This document shows, piece by piece, positions 24,046 through 36,364 of a stretch of DNA of 64,000 bases. The stretch is from Lytechinus pictus. Its lineage: Eukaryota. The position numbers and the translations under genes are program-made. Below the pieces are notes generated by a model. The model was not told the DNA's origin, searched no databases, and saw nothing but the letters and a program-made list of their open reading frames with translations. The stretch covers positions 5,952,001 to 6,016,000 of the forward strand of contig NC_087247.1 in NCBI RefSeq assembly GCF_037042905.1, read 5' to 3'. Every line of letters begins with the position of its first letter. Position 1 is the first letter of the stretch.

Positions 24046-26504
24046 CAAAAAGTTGATTTGAATAAAAAGAGAAAAATCAAACTATCGTAACGCTAAAAAT
24101 TCCATCAAAATCCGATGTAAAATAAGAAAGTTATGACATTTTGAAGTTTAGTTTGATTTAAAATAATAGTTATATATGCACATCCAGGTCAGTATGCAAA
24201 TGAGGAAACTGATGACGCCATCCAGTCACTATTTCTTTAGTATTTTCCAATTTTCTCCTCATTGTCAAGTGAAACAATAATTAATTCCTCCCTGAACATG
24301 TGGAAATTAGAATTGTTATATGGTTCATTCACGTGGGCCCTTATTGTCAATTCTGTAAAAAGGAAAGAAAAAACAAAGAAATTGCGAGGGACATCATCAA
24401 CTGTATCATTTGCATGCAAATGGGTTGTGCATATCACTGTTTTGTGAAAAATAAGCGAAACTTTAAAATATCACAACTTTCTTATTTTACATCGGGTTTT
24501 GATGAAATTTCCAGTGTTATGCTAGTTTGATTTTTCTATATTTATTCAAATCAACATTTTTCTGGGGTGGATATGACCTTAAACAAAAATAATATAAATT
24601 CCTTTTATGTAACGAAAATAATGATAACACCATTCAACTACGACTAATTCGTTTCCTAATTAAAAAAAGGTAAATGATTATTTTTCAATTCAGATTATAT
24701 ATCTGTACTTTCTTCAAATTGTTAAAGTCATTCATGCCTGAATGATCGAGGAATCTTCTGAGTTATACCAGATGAAAGAGTAGATATTCTAAGCTTTACA
24801 GTGATTGCCGTCATCATTTTGTATAGCCACTATAACTTACAGAATGAATAAAACTAAATGAAAACTAAATGAAATGTACGACCCTGTATCAACATAAGAC
24901 CTAAGCCTACGCACACCTCTCAGAATTGTAACAAACAAATACAATTGAAAATATAATAACTAAATAAATAAAAAGATAATAAATAAATGAATAAATAAAT
25001 GGACTTCCACACATAAAAAGAATTAAAAACGAATGATACCTCTGACTCTCTATATCACAAAAGAAAAAAGAACTGAAAACAAATGAAATAAATGAATGAA
25101 TAAATCAATCAATTGAAATAGATTGATAAATAAATTAAATGAACTTCCACATATAAAAAAGAATAAAAAACGAATGATACCTCTGACTCTCTATATCACA
25201 AAAGAATAAAAAAACTGAAAACAAATAAATAGAATGAATAAATATGAATACATTAATTAATCAATTGAAATAGATTGATAAATAAATAAATGAACTTCCA
25301 CTCATAAAAAGAATAAAAAACGAATGATACCTCTGACTCTGAAAACAAATGAAATAAATGAATGAATAAATCAATCAATTAAAATAGATTGATAAATAAA
25401 TTAAATGAACTTCCACATATAAAAAAGAATAAAAAACGAATGATACCTCTGACTCTCTATATCACAAAAGAATAAAAAAACTGAAAACAAATAAATAGAA
25501 TGAATAAATATGAATACATTAATTAATCAATTGAAATAGATTGATAAATAAATAAATGAACTTCCACTCATAAAAAGAATAAAAAACGAATGATACCTCT
25601 GACTCTCTATATCACAAAAGAAAAAAAGAACTGAAAACAAATGAAATAAATGAATGAATAAATCAATCAATTGAAATAGATTGATAAATAAATTAAATGA
25701 ACTTCCACTCATAAAAAGAATAAAAAACGAATGATACCTCTGATTTTCTATATCACAAAAGAAAACAAATTGAAAACAAATAAATTTAATGAATAATGAA
25801 TAAATATATATTAATTAATCAATTGAAATAGATTGATGAATAAATAAATGAACTTCCACTCATAAAAAAATAAAAAAACAAATGATACTCGACTCTCTAA
25901 ATGACAAAAGAAAATTAAACGATTAATGAATAAATTTAAATACATCAATTAATCAATTCAAATATATTGATAAATAAATAACGGCCTAAATAACTATATC
26001 AATATATAAAAACGGCAAATAAATTTAAAAAATAAATTGGAGCCCCCCCCCCCCCTCCCCTACAGCGCCGCCCATGATATCTCTCACCGGGGAAACAAGC
26101 CCCACGACCACGCTATTTTCCATGATATAACAGTGCAAGGGGCCTCGATAACGAGTATACTAATAGCCGTCATCCGAGCCCCACACACGTGCGAATGCTG
26201 GGACAAGCGCGTTGGACGGGGCCGATTTCGCGACTATCTTAGGATGCAACCTTAATATATACTCGTGATATAGGCCCCGCTACTGTGTTGGAGTGTCTGA
26301 AGTGCGGTAGTGCGGGGCCTATATAACGGTTATAGTATTATACTCGTGAAACAGGCCCCGCGAACGGACATTCTAAGCCATTCAACACAGCAGCGGGGCC
26401 TATATCACGAGTATATATAGTGAGCTGAAGTTAGCAACCTAGATATTGAGGTATGTGATCGATTACAATTTTTTCTCGAGCGGGGCCTATATCACGAGTA
26501 TGCC
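24046..26504 (-). repeat. Right long TIR of the giant Merlin element
   Basis: Mirror of 7341-9394, longer because of an expanded AT-rich array. Confidence 0.88.
24990..25960. repeat. AT-rich tandem array, about 7 units of 115-151 bp, inside the right TIR
   Basis: ACTTCCAC...GAATGATACCTCTGACTCT recurs at about 25003, 25143, 25294, 25409, 25560, 25701 and 25852. Confidence 0.85.
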
Positions 26505-27099
26505 TAAAAGACATCATCATGGAGTCCTCAAGACTACTAGTAAGTAGTAATAATTGCCACTCATTCTTCGCCTGGCTTCGGATTAGAGAGAACCGACATC
26601 AAATTGAATGTATCGGACTAAGTCTAACTTAAAAAATTAATTACCCTCTAGCAAACGGTTCATCATCCTTTTTCTTATGACCAGGTGTACCTCTCTTCTT
26701 CATAAACTGTATGAAAAGCTTGTATTCTTCTTCGAAAGCGTTAAGTACCGGATTTTTGTCCCCTGTGTAATATTTAGAAGAAGGTTGGGTGACTGCTTTT
26801 GCAGCTTTATGCTGCAGCATCATCGCCATCTTGATACAAAGTTGGGTTGCTAGGTTGCGTTCATTCTTAAAGTTGCGATTTCTTTCCACAAGGAAGAAAA
26901 ATGTGAGCATAAAACATTTCTATTGCATCTGAAATTCATCATACCGATTGGAATTTATTACCAAAATTTAAAGTTTTAATGTTGAATGAAATGATTTCAC
27001 ATTTTTTATCAATAATATATCTGAAATATCTTGGAGAAACAAAATATTCTCCCTGCAAGTCATAATGGACTCTCCTCGAATAATAGCATTATGCCGCGC

Positions 27100-27346
27100 C
27101 CATTTTTCGTAAATTGGTACACAAAACCTACGGATTACAGAAGAGCAGCCTCAAATGTCTGCGCAAGAACACAAACGATGAGCCTGCCTCCACGATCGGC
27201 TATCGGTATCGGTACACAAGTACAATGTTCTCGACGGGCAAACCAATCACAGTGCTCCGCGGATTCACACAAATACGTACGTACTTCTGCATGCTCATGT
27301 GATTTCTACTTAATTCCCTTGCCACATCATCTGACTGCAAGTAAGT
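27100..27346 (+). promoter_or_regulatory. Probable PUS7L promoter and non-coding first exon
   Basis: CpG-containing stretch, CCAAT at 27243 and a consensus donor GTAAGT at 27341. A matching acceptor at 29033 lies upstream of the ATG. Confidence 0.5.
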
Positions 27347-28099
27347 ATGGCAGCATTGTATGGAAGAGTAGTATTGTTGTTGTGTTTAGCAAGCCAATAA
27401 AACGTTGGCTTAACCTCGACCAATGAACATCCAATCGACGTACTTGGGTATTTACCTCATGTGCAATCCGAATTACTTTATCACGAACTTGTGAAAACAT
27501 CGTTAGATATGTGTGCATACGAATCGCATGTGTCGGTGATGGTCAAGTTTTATGGCCTCCTGCCCAGTACTATGAGTTGTCTAGGTCCTAGGATGCTAAC
27601 CTCGTATCCATGGCATATCCAGTACAACTCTCCAAATCTGCTTAGTTTAACTTTAAGTCTTATGATCAACTGCTAATTTTCCTTTTCAAATGCAAAATAT
27701 AGAGATCGACTAGCTTAGCCTTAGCTTATATGAATTTTTTATGATATTTCTAGACAAGATAAAAATAAAATGAAGGCTGATTTAATAATTAAGCCAGAGC
27801 TCGAGCGGAGCATAAATTTGTTCCTCCTTTTGTTTTGACTAATTAAGCTTTCTCTTCTAAGATGTTATGTTTTTCCCCCTATTGTATCTGCTTAGGCTGT
27901 ATGAATTATTGAATGAAAGGCTGAAATGTTTTATTGTTGTCATTTTCCTCCGGCAATAAAAATAATTGAGAGTAATGATTCATTTCCCTAAAAGTTATGT
28001 TTTAGATTACAGACTTACAGCAGGCAAAGAACTTATATAATCATTATAATGGTTTTTGTTATTGTCATCCTGTTATTATTTTGTAGTTGTGGCTGCTCT

Positions 28100-28600
28100 T
28101 CTCTGTAGCTGTATGATGGTGATGATGATTTTTATCACTTTCATCGATATCATTACCATCACCTTGACACGTTCTACCATCATCGTTATCATCACCAACC
28201 TCTCAGGAGACCAGTCTAGCCACTTTGGCTGAAGAAATCCCACATGTATGTGGAGAATTTTAAAAATCATGCCATCATCATCATCACCATTGTTATTACA
28301 TGTACCATCTGGCATCATCAGATGAGACTACCATGAAAATCATCATTGTCATATCATCATCACCCTTCCATCACCTTCATAATCATCAACATCATCACCA
28401 CAACCATTATCATCACCATCATTTTCACTGCACTATCATCATAATCAACATCATCATTACCATCATCATCATCTTCATCACCACCACCATCATTGTCATG
28501 TCATCACTATCATTATCGTCATCACCCCACCATCATCATCATCATCCCATCATCACCCACATCATCATCACCATCATCCCATCCCATCATCATCATTGCT
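28100..28600. repeat. Degenerate (CAT)n microsatellite
   Basis: Direct reading. Confidence 0.9.
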
Positions 28601-28681
28601 AAATTGCTTATTATAATAAATTATGCAGAGCTGATTTATTTCCAGTTTCTGATACCTTGAGTTATATTGCTCAAATGAAAG

Positions 28682-28995
28682 GGTAAATTGCCAATTCGTC
28701 TACTGCCAACTCGTCCTCTCACCACATGGTCTACTTTAATTTAGTCTAATGTCATTCCGTCCATCAACATTTCGTCTAACAACCATTTGGTCCAATAAAA
28801 ATTTGGTCCAATCATCACTTTGTCTAATCACCTAAATGGCTATTGGACCAACTGGGTACGTGTATTAGACAAAATGATGAGTGGACGAATTGGCAATTAG
28901 ACCATGTGGATAGTGGACGAACTGATGGTAGACCAATTGATAGTAGACGAGTTGGAAATTGGACAAATTGGCATTAGACGAATTGGAAATAAATC
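28682..28995. mobile_element. Foldback-type MITE with short internal subrepeats
   Basis: Inverted arms (CCAATTCGTCTA... / ...TAGACGAATTGG), flanked by AATGAAAG and ACTGAAAG (7/8 match). Confidence 0.7.
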
Positions 28996-29106
28996 ACTGA
29001 AAGTGCATTTCTTATCTCTTGTTTCAATTTCAGAAATTTGAACCCTTGACATTGATGGTGGTAATGTATTCAAAATTGTGAACTTGCAGAAGAAAACCAG
29101 TGAAAA

Positions 29107-32100
29107 ATGTTTGGGATTGAATGCTATGTGTCCCAACATGAGGGCTTCAAGGGGACTGCAAAGACCAATCCTGAAGACTTCCAAGTGTCTGAAATTTCAA
29201 TAGATGGAAAACTAGCATCCTTAACAGGGACTAGAATAGATCTGAGTGCAGAACTGGGCATCAGGTCCATAGACAGTTCAGGAGTTTCTCGTGCATCTCT
29301 TTTGGAATTGGATTCTGTGTGTGCACAAATTAGTTCTGCATCAGATGCCAGCAAGAGCCCTTCTATAGATATCCCCACGCAAGTAGGTGAATCATCACCC
29401 ATCCAGGTCAATACTCCGAAAGCAACTCAGGACTCTCTTCCAACAGACTATAGGAAATGCTTTGAAAATATTCTGAGTGCAGGCACTTTCACTGAATTGG
29501 AAAAATTTGCCACAAATGAGCTGACATTGCTTAATAGGTCTCATTCTGAATCAATAATGGAGATGAGCTCTAACACTCTGGAAACACATCAAGCCCATCT
29601 TAATTTAGGGGTTATCGCAAGTAAAGAATCTCGTACTGTTATTCACAAGTGTGTGAGGTACCTTTACCCTCATCTTAGAACACAGATTCACAGGATGCCC
29701 TCTGGGGGACTAGAGATTCACATTTCAAGGGAACCCGCAGTAGTTCAGTTTCAACACCTTCAAATTCCTCTATCAACAGTACTGGAATTTCTCAAATTTG
29801 TAGAGCTGAGAGATCGGGAGGATACCTTTCATTTTGAGGGGCTGGAGTCCAAAGACCAGAGGACCAAGCTGCATCGTTTGGTTGCCAAGCACTATGGAAC
29901 ATTCTTGGAAACTAAGACCTTTGGAGATGGAACCAACAATAGAGAACATCAGAAGGTTGCAGTGCGCTTCAGACCAATCAAAGAACGTAAGAAGAGGAAA
30001 GGAGGAGAAAGTCATCCTCAAGATTCAGTTTTTACAGGTAATGATATAGTAAATTTGAGAAGCCAGTAAATATTTTATTTATCAATTTGAAATCATTACA
30101 TTTGTGGCTTGTTCAGTGGCTCTTGTCACTAACGTAATTAGATAGCCGATATCTTGTCTGTATCAAGAATTTTAAAATGTTTTTGTCTTTTTTTACTTTT
30201 GCCTCCTACAATTGAAGGAGATGTAGTGAAACATAAAGTAGTTCTGCGGAATAATCAAAGAAACAGACAGAAGTTTTGGTCTATGACATAATTCTGCCAA
30301 AAAAATTCAGTCAAGATGTCAATTGGATCAATGAATAGGACAAGTTAAAAAAAAAGTTAAAAGATGTGGAAAAGACTAGCAATGTATTGAAGGAGATAAC
30401 TTATGAAAATTCACATTCAATGGAAAGAAGCAAATGACAAAACAATGTGAAAAATAGTTAATGGTACATACATAACTTGTTAGGCAAATAGGGATATTGT
30501 TAGGTTTTTTAAATTCCAATTGTTTTGACAAAATTATTTGTACTTAACAAGTTAGTAATGCAAGCTCTAGCTAACTTTGTTTTTCCCAAGGGTTTACTCT
30601 ACAGAAGATCAATACAGAGACCCTGTCTGCCTTACAGCAACTTGCCAGATTGATAGGAGTTCAAACCTCTGCTTTCACCTATGCTGGCATCAAGGATAAG
30701 AAGGCTGTCACCACTCAGGAAATGGTTGTAAAAGATATCACCAGCAAAAGGTAATTGAATTCTATTCTACAAACCTGTAACCTGAACTAAACAATAATCA
30801 GCTGAATGGTCTATGGTTAAAAGTAGTCATTGAAGTTGGCTGGACTTCCACAAGTCAACAACCAGAGTCATGTGGTTGACCCAGGGAAGTGGGTCTTCCT
30901 TGGTTGACATGTGCAGCATAAGAGAAACTGCTAGGTGGGGAAAAAAGGGCTAAATAAAGTGCAGTAATTACTTTTTTTACTGGAGTTCTTTCCATGTAAA
31001 CAAATTTGCTACTTTGATCCTGCGTCAGGGATTTGTAACTGTGAGCATGAGTCCTTTTATAATTTCTCAGAGGTAAAACCATAGAGTTCTTGAGATGTCA
31101 TTTTGGGGTCTTGGTCGCTCTAATTTTTATCAAAGTTACAAATACTTTCAATGAAATGCAGGGCTATCGTTCTATTTTGGTTTCCTTAAAGTATAGGTGA
31201 TTTGCATGATTCTCATAAATAATCTTGTCTTGTGTGCTTCCAACATGTCCCTTTAACTCTTTTTTATGCACATAATCTCAATACAGACTGGAAGATATTT
31301 CCAATCAGCTCCCACAATGGCTGAAGATATGTTCCATACATCCCAGGACCAAACCAATGGTTACTGCTGAGCTATGGGGAAATCACTTTGACATTGCCCT
31401 GCAGAATGTGGAAAGGAAGGCTGGATCATCTAAGATTGAGGGTGGATCTGAGGGATGTGGAAGGGTAGAGCTTAAAAACTCCATTGAGCATTGCATCAAA
31501 TGTGTTGAGGTGAGTCACTTTGATATTTTCAAGGCATAGCAGGAGATTCATGTTGCTGATTTCATGTTTTTAATCTAAATGATGTCCTAGACTTGTTTAA
31601 CCTCACATACAAGTTCAAGTTTAAATTTGATTTATTTTCTTCATTTTAGTTTTTTTTTATTCATTGGCTGACTGAATTACAGGTGTTGAGGCACTTTTAA
31701 TCTAGACCAAGGTGCGATAGCTCATTTAGAAAGGCAGTGTTTAATCTTGGTTTCCAGATTTCAGACTGGGTTGCTGTGCTTGTGCCATTGGTATGGCATT
31801 TGTCCCCCTTTCCAGGTCCCTCAGAAAGGTCCATAAGCCATCAGTCCTCTGGTTGCTTACTAAGTACTAACAACCATTCATGTTTTCTTAATAGTCAGGT
31901 AAAATAGCCACTTTTACCCTCATTGTCAAATCTCAAGGAAAGAATCACTCAACCTACTCAGGATAGACTTGAATTTTATAATATTTTATGCCTCAAAATG
32001 ACACATTTTGTTTTATTGTCACAAACATTCAAGAATATATATATATGCCACAAAAGAATCTTTTGTTTGATTTTCTCTCATTTTCCATTATATTTCTTCT

Positions 32101-35100
32101 TACTCAAGGAGAAAGGGTTCATCAACTACTTTGGAGAACAGCGGTTTGGAGCCTCATCCCATGATCCCAGTCAAGCACTGACGACTATATCGCCAGCTGA
32201 TGTAGGGCATGCCATTCTTCAGGGAGAGTATGTGAGTACTTTTCAAAAATTGTAATATTAAATGTCTCTTCAAAGTCTTGAACCTGTTGATTGCTCAATA
32301 TTTAAATTTGCATGGCTTTGGTATAGGAAATTAATATTACCATGAGTGGCTCTATTCAGTCATTGATATCTTTATGATTATGTAACTCATTCATTTGAAA
32401 CTTGTGGTAGTGGTTTTTGTTTGTGTTTTATTTTTCCAGCTGAAAGTACAGTAGTTATATTCAACAAAGAACAATTTAACAAATATTCATCCTAGGTCCC
32501 ACAAAGTTACCATACCGCTTAATGTTAGTTTTATAGAGTAAAGGTTAATTGACAATGTTTGGTTCCGTTTTATCACATGTTATAGAAAGAAGCAGTTTCT
32601 CTGATTCTGTCTCCAGATGATGGACCATGCGCGAATCCGTCTGATCCCACCAATGTTGCAAATCGATGCTTTCAACAAACAGGCTCTCCCAGAGAAGCCC
32701 TCAAACTGATGCCAGCCATGAAAACTAGAGAGTGTCTTTTGCTCAAGGCTCTTAATAGGTAATGAAGACCTCTTTTTGTGTGTTAAAAATTGTTAATTAT
32801 CGTTGTGTAATTATTAACTTACTAGATGTTGTGAGAAATGTGTATCACCATCCGATGAACTTTCTATAATCTAGAAATCAAATTTTATACATTATTTTTT
32901 TAACGACTAGGTAATCTATAGTGTAATGTCCAACAACACTGAAAAATCATAGTTTTCTGACAGTTAGTAGCAAAGAAGCACCATTGCTCCAGTTTTTAGC
33001 ACTTTCATGAAACAATACTCAGAGCTTGAAAACACAAATATTTGAAACAAATTGCTCAATTTCAGTGGTCAATCAAGATCATGTTCGTATACACATGACG
33101 TGCAAAACCTGTTGTTTCATATTTGTAATCCATTGTAAACCTTTGGGTAGCTGGGGCCCATGGTTCTTTATACCACTATTCCATTCAAGAGAAATCATTT
33201 CTTTCTTTACCAGACATGGTACCGATGACGAGGGTTGTATCAAAGCTCTGATGAATATCCCTCACAACATGAGACAGATGTACATTCATGCTTTTTGCAG
33301 TTTGCTGTGGAATCAGGTGGCATCATGGAGGATGCGTTACTATGGGTACCATGTAGTAGAGGGTGATCTTGTGTGTACTACAGACCCAGAAGCAAAGGTA
33401 ATACCATAACTTTTTTTTTCATTATTTATTCAAAGTTGCACTTGTTCACTAGGCAAGGGTACAATTTTTTAGAGTAAAATGATAGTTCCTTCTTTTCAAC
33501 ATATTTTTGCCCATACAAAAACACCTTTATTCTGTGAAAAAGGGCCCATTCTACTTCTAGAAAATCTCCACTGTTTTGTAAGTTAATAGTAATAATAATT
33601 CGCTAAGTCTTGCTTTTATATAGCGCTTAAGACATTGAAACGATGTGTCTAAGTGCTTTACAGATATATGATACTTGGTCATCGGATTCAATCAGTCATT
33701 CCCGCACACAACTGTGTGCACATCATCCATTCCCTGGGGAGTATTCCATTCCATGGAGTAAGTTACATTCTTGCTTAGATACCTTGACAAATGTCACATT
33801 TATTGCCTTTCATATACAGAACTAAGAAGCAGCTTTCCTGATCCCCATTCTTTTGTCTATGAATAAAATTAGATTGAATTGGAAAAGACACTGAGTGGGT
33901 AAATTTAGCTCAGACTTTCATCAAGGTACCATGCCAACAAACTGTGTAATAATATACGTATATTTCACCTGTCAAAATGAATAATGTGAGGTTCGGCAGA
34001 TATAGTTTGCCCTTCCAAACTACACTATGTATGCTGTTTTCATTTTGTAATTCTCTAATATTAAAATGCTCTGTGTAATACCTGAATGAATTCAGTCAAA
34101 TTAAAGCACTCAAATTGAATAGACATGGATTACAGCATGAAAATTTGTTTTTACAGCTTTACAAGTTTTTAAATACTCCTTATTTGGGAGTATTGTGTGA
34201 ACATGTATGATAGAGCTTGACTAGTTTCTTGGGGGAACACACATACATTGGTGGTACGGAGATGTGCCGCTTTGATGACCGACCCCCTTTTTCAGTTCTC
34301 TAGATACTCAAAATGACAAATCTTCCATTCAGAAGCCACCTTGCCCCGCCCCACTTGCAAGACCCCTGTTACGAAACACCTCAGTTCCCCAGCCCTGCCA
34401 AAATTGTCCAGCGCGAGCACCGTGTGCGAGAGCTGAATGCATGCACGGCTTCACAACTCCCTCCAAAAGTAGCCGCTAGCAGCTCCATGAATGGCTAACG
34501 CCCACATATACGTGCACCGTACCTACAGTACCACGATCCCATTCCGTAAACTGTTTTTCACACCACCTGGTATATATTTAGTTCCCAAGACCCTGTATTT
34601 TACCCTTGTAGTCAGTTCCTTAGACCCCCATTTCAGGGTTTCGTGAGGCACACCCCCATCAAAATATGATTTGAGTGTCCCCCCCCCCCCTCCCCCCTGG
34701 GCTGGTTTCCTTAATCTCATGATTTCTTCTCTGCAGTATCCTCATGTTTTGAATTATGACATCAATTATCATTTTGACCACTTGCTTTCCTCTCTGAAGG
34801 TGCATACTGTAACTGAAGATGACATCGCCCAGGACAAATACACCATTATGGAGGTCATGCTGCCGTTGCCAGGCAACAACATCCAGTATCCATCTCACAC
34901 AGCAGGAGGCGAGTATCAAAGGAGACTAGATGAGGCTGGACTCGGGGAATGCACCTTCAGGATACCCGCCCTCAAGCTCAACATCCCAGGGGGCTACCGC
35001 AAGGTCATTGCTCGGCCAAAAAATCTAACATGGGGTTTGGATTCTAGATCGGATTCCACTGGAGATCAGCCTCCAGACAAGAAAGATGATGGGGGAGATT

Positions 35101-35639
35101 ACACCAGAGATATGGAAGATACATCGTTGCCTAGCAACCATGAAGTAAGCCCCGCCGGGAATGTCAGTGATGCCTTGAGCAGGGATAGTATCTTACCAGC
35201 AGGGAGTAGGAATCTAATGGAAGCATCTGGGCGCCATGTGGAACTGGGTTCTAATCAATCCGATCGTAACCCTGCTGTGGATGGCTGTAATAAAGAGCAT
35301 GGGGTCAGCGCAAACCGACCCCAGGATGGCCCTGCTTGTCTTTCTGCTTGCCTCATGGTTTCGAGCACACATGGACACTCTACTGCCATTACCGATGGTA
35401 GAACTCTTTCATGTAATACTTCCCAAACAACAGATAATCCCAATAGTGGAGTCACAACCCACCAACAGTATGACAGTAAATCACCATGTCAAATCAGAGA
35501 TGGGTTATCTCATGGAAATCGGCAAGAGGATGAATTTAAATCAAGCGGTCAATCGCTAAAGAGGACTTTGAATTTGTCATTTGACTTGCCAGCTTCTTGC
35601 TATGCCACAGTTTTTCTTAGAGAACTGATGAAGTCATAG
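29107..35639 (+). CDS. PUS7L: Pseudouridylate synthase 7-like (TruD family), about 877 aa. Exons 29107-30037, 30591-30750, 31287-31509, 32109-32231, 32586-32758, 33214-33397, 34800-35639
   Basis: All introns are GT-AG and in phase. Motifs GTAKTNPEDFQVSE, YAGIKDKKAVTTQ (catalytic Asp), LWGNHFDI, GFINYFGEQRFG, YIHAFCSLLWN, LPLPG, PGGYR and FDLPASCYATVFLRELMK. The R3H-like KDQRTKLHRLV and C-terminal SCYAT favour PUS7L over PUS7. Confidence 0.92.
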
Positions 35640-35693
35640 TATCATATTCAACACCTGTGTTCTTTCACAATATCTCTTGTTTTCCATTTGTAT

Positions 35694-36265
35694 TTAAAGG
35701 GGTACTCCAGGTTGAAAATAATATGATTTGAAGAGATAAAGTAAAATCAGACGAACAAAATGCTGAAAATTTTATCGAAATCGGACAAGGATTAACAAAG
35801 TTATTCCAATGGAAAAGATTTATGCAAGTATTCATGAATATGCAATGAGCAAGCTGATGATTTACTCTCCCCACTGTTTCATTTATATTTTTTGTTATAC
35901 GAAATTACATTTGTTCAAATTTCATCCACCAAGAATGAACAAAAATTTGATTGACTACCGGTTTAATGTGTAAGATAATCAATGCTGCAACCTATTGTGT
36001 TACTGTTACAAGAGGGACATCATACACATATGTATGCTGCTATGAAAGAATGATGATTCATGTAATAGCATAAGAAAAGGGTAAGTGGGGACATGACATC
36101 ATCAGCCCACCTATTGCATATTCATGAAAGCATCCACATTGCTAAACTTTGAAATTGAATTACTTTATTAGTTTTCAGATTTTGATAAATTTTAAGTATC
36201 TTTTTAATGAAATTCACTCATTTTATTAGATGCAATTTTTTGTCCAAAGTACTCATTTTAGATTT
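35694..36265. mobile_element. Degenerate Kolobok-like MITE just after the PUS7L stop
   Basis: Starts TTAA-AGGGGTACTCCAGG and shares motifs with 19424-20024 and 42560-43152. Confidence 0.65.
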
Positions 36266-36364
36266 AAAGTTTTTTTTTTCTTAACTTGGCAAAATTGTCA
36301 AATTTATTGAATAGAAATATGATATACACTGAAGTCTATTGTCTGTTTAATCATCATTTCTTTG

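Larger units (their letters stand above)
7341..26504. mobile_element. Giant (19.2-kb) Merlin/IS1595-like DNA transposon with long TIRs and a duplicated transposase
   Basis: 8-bp TSD TAAAAGAC (7333-7340, 26505-26512), GGC...GCC termini, inverted homology 7341-~9394 vs ~24046-26504, and two internal Merlin transposase ORFs. Confidence 0.88.
5655..26536. mobile_element. 109-bp perfect-hairpin mini-transposon (TAG...CTA ends, 9-bp TSD), split by two Merlin insertions
   Basis: TSD CTAGTAAGT lies at 5646-5654 and 26537-26545. Joining 5655-5728, 7330-7340 and 26513-26536 gives 50-bp perfect inverted arms around a 9-bp spacer (CTTCTGACA). Confidence 0.9.

Noticed and set aside
5655-26536. A single 20.9-kb Merlin with TAGTCTTGAGG TIRs and a 9-bp TSD
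   Set aside because: Internal 8-bp TSDs show these outer ends belong to a separate 109-bp host hairpin. The Merlin ends are at 7341 and 26504.
28076-28602. His/Ile-rich ORFs
   Set aside because: (CAT)n microsatellite.
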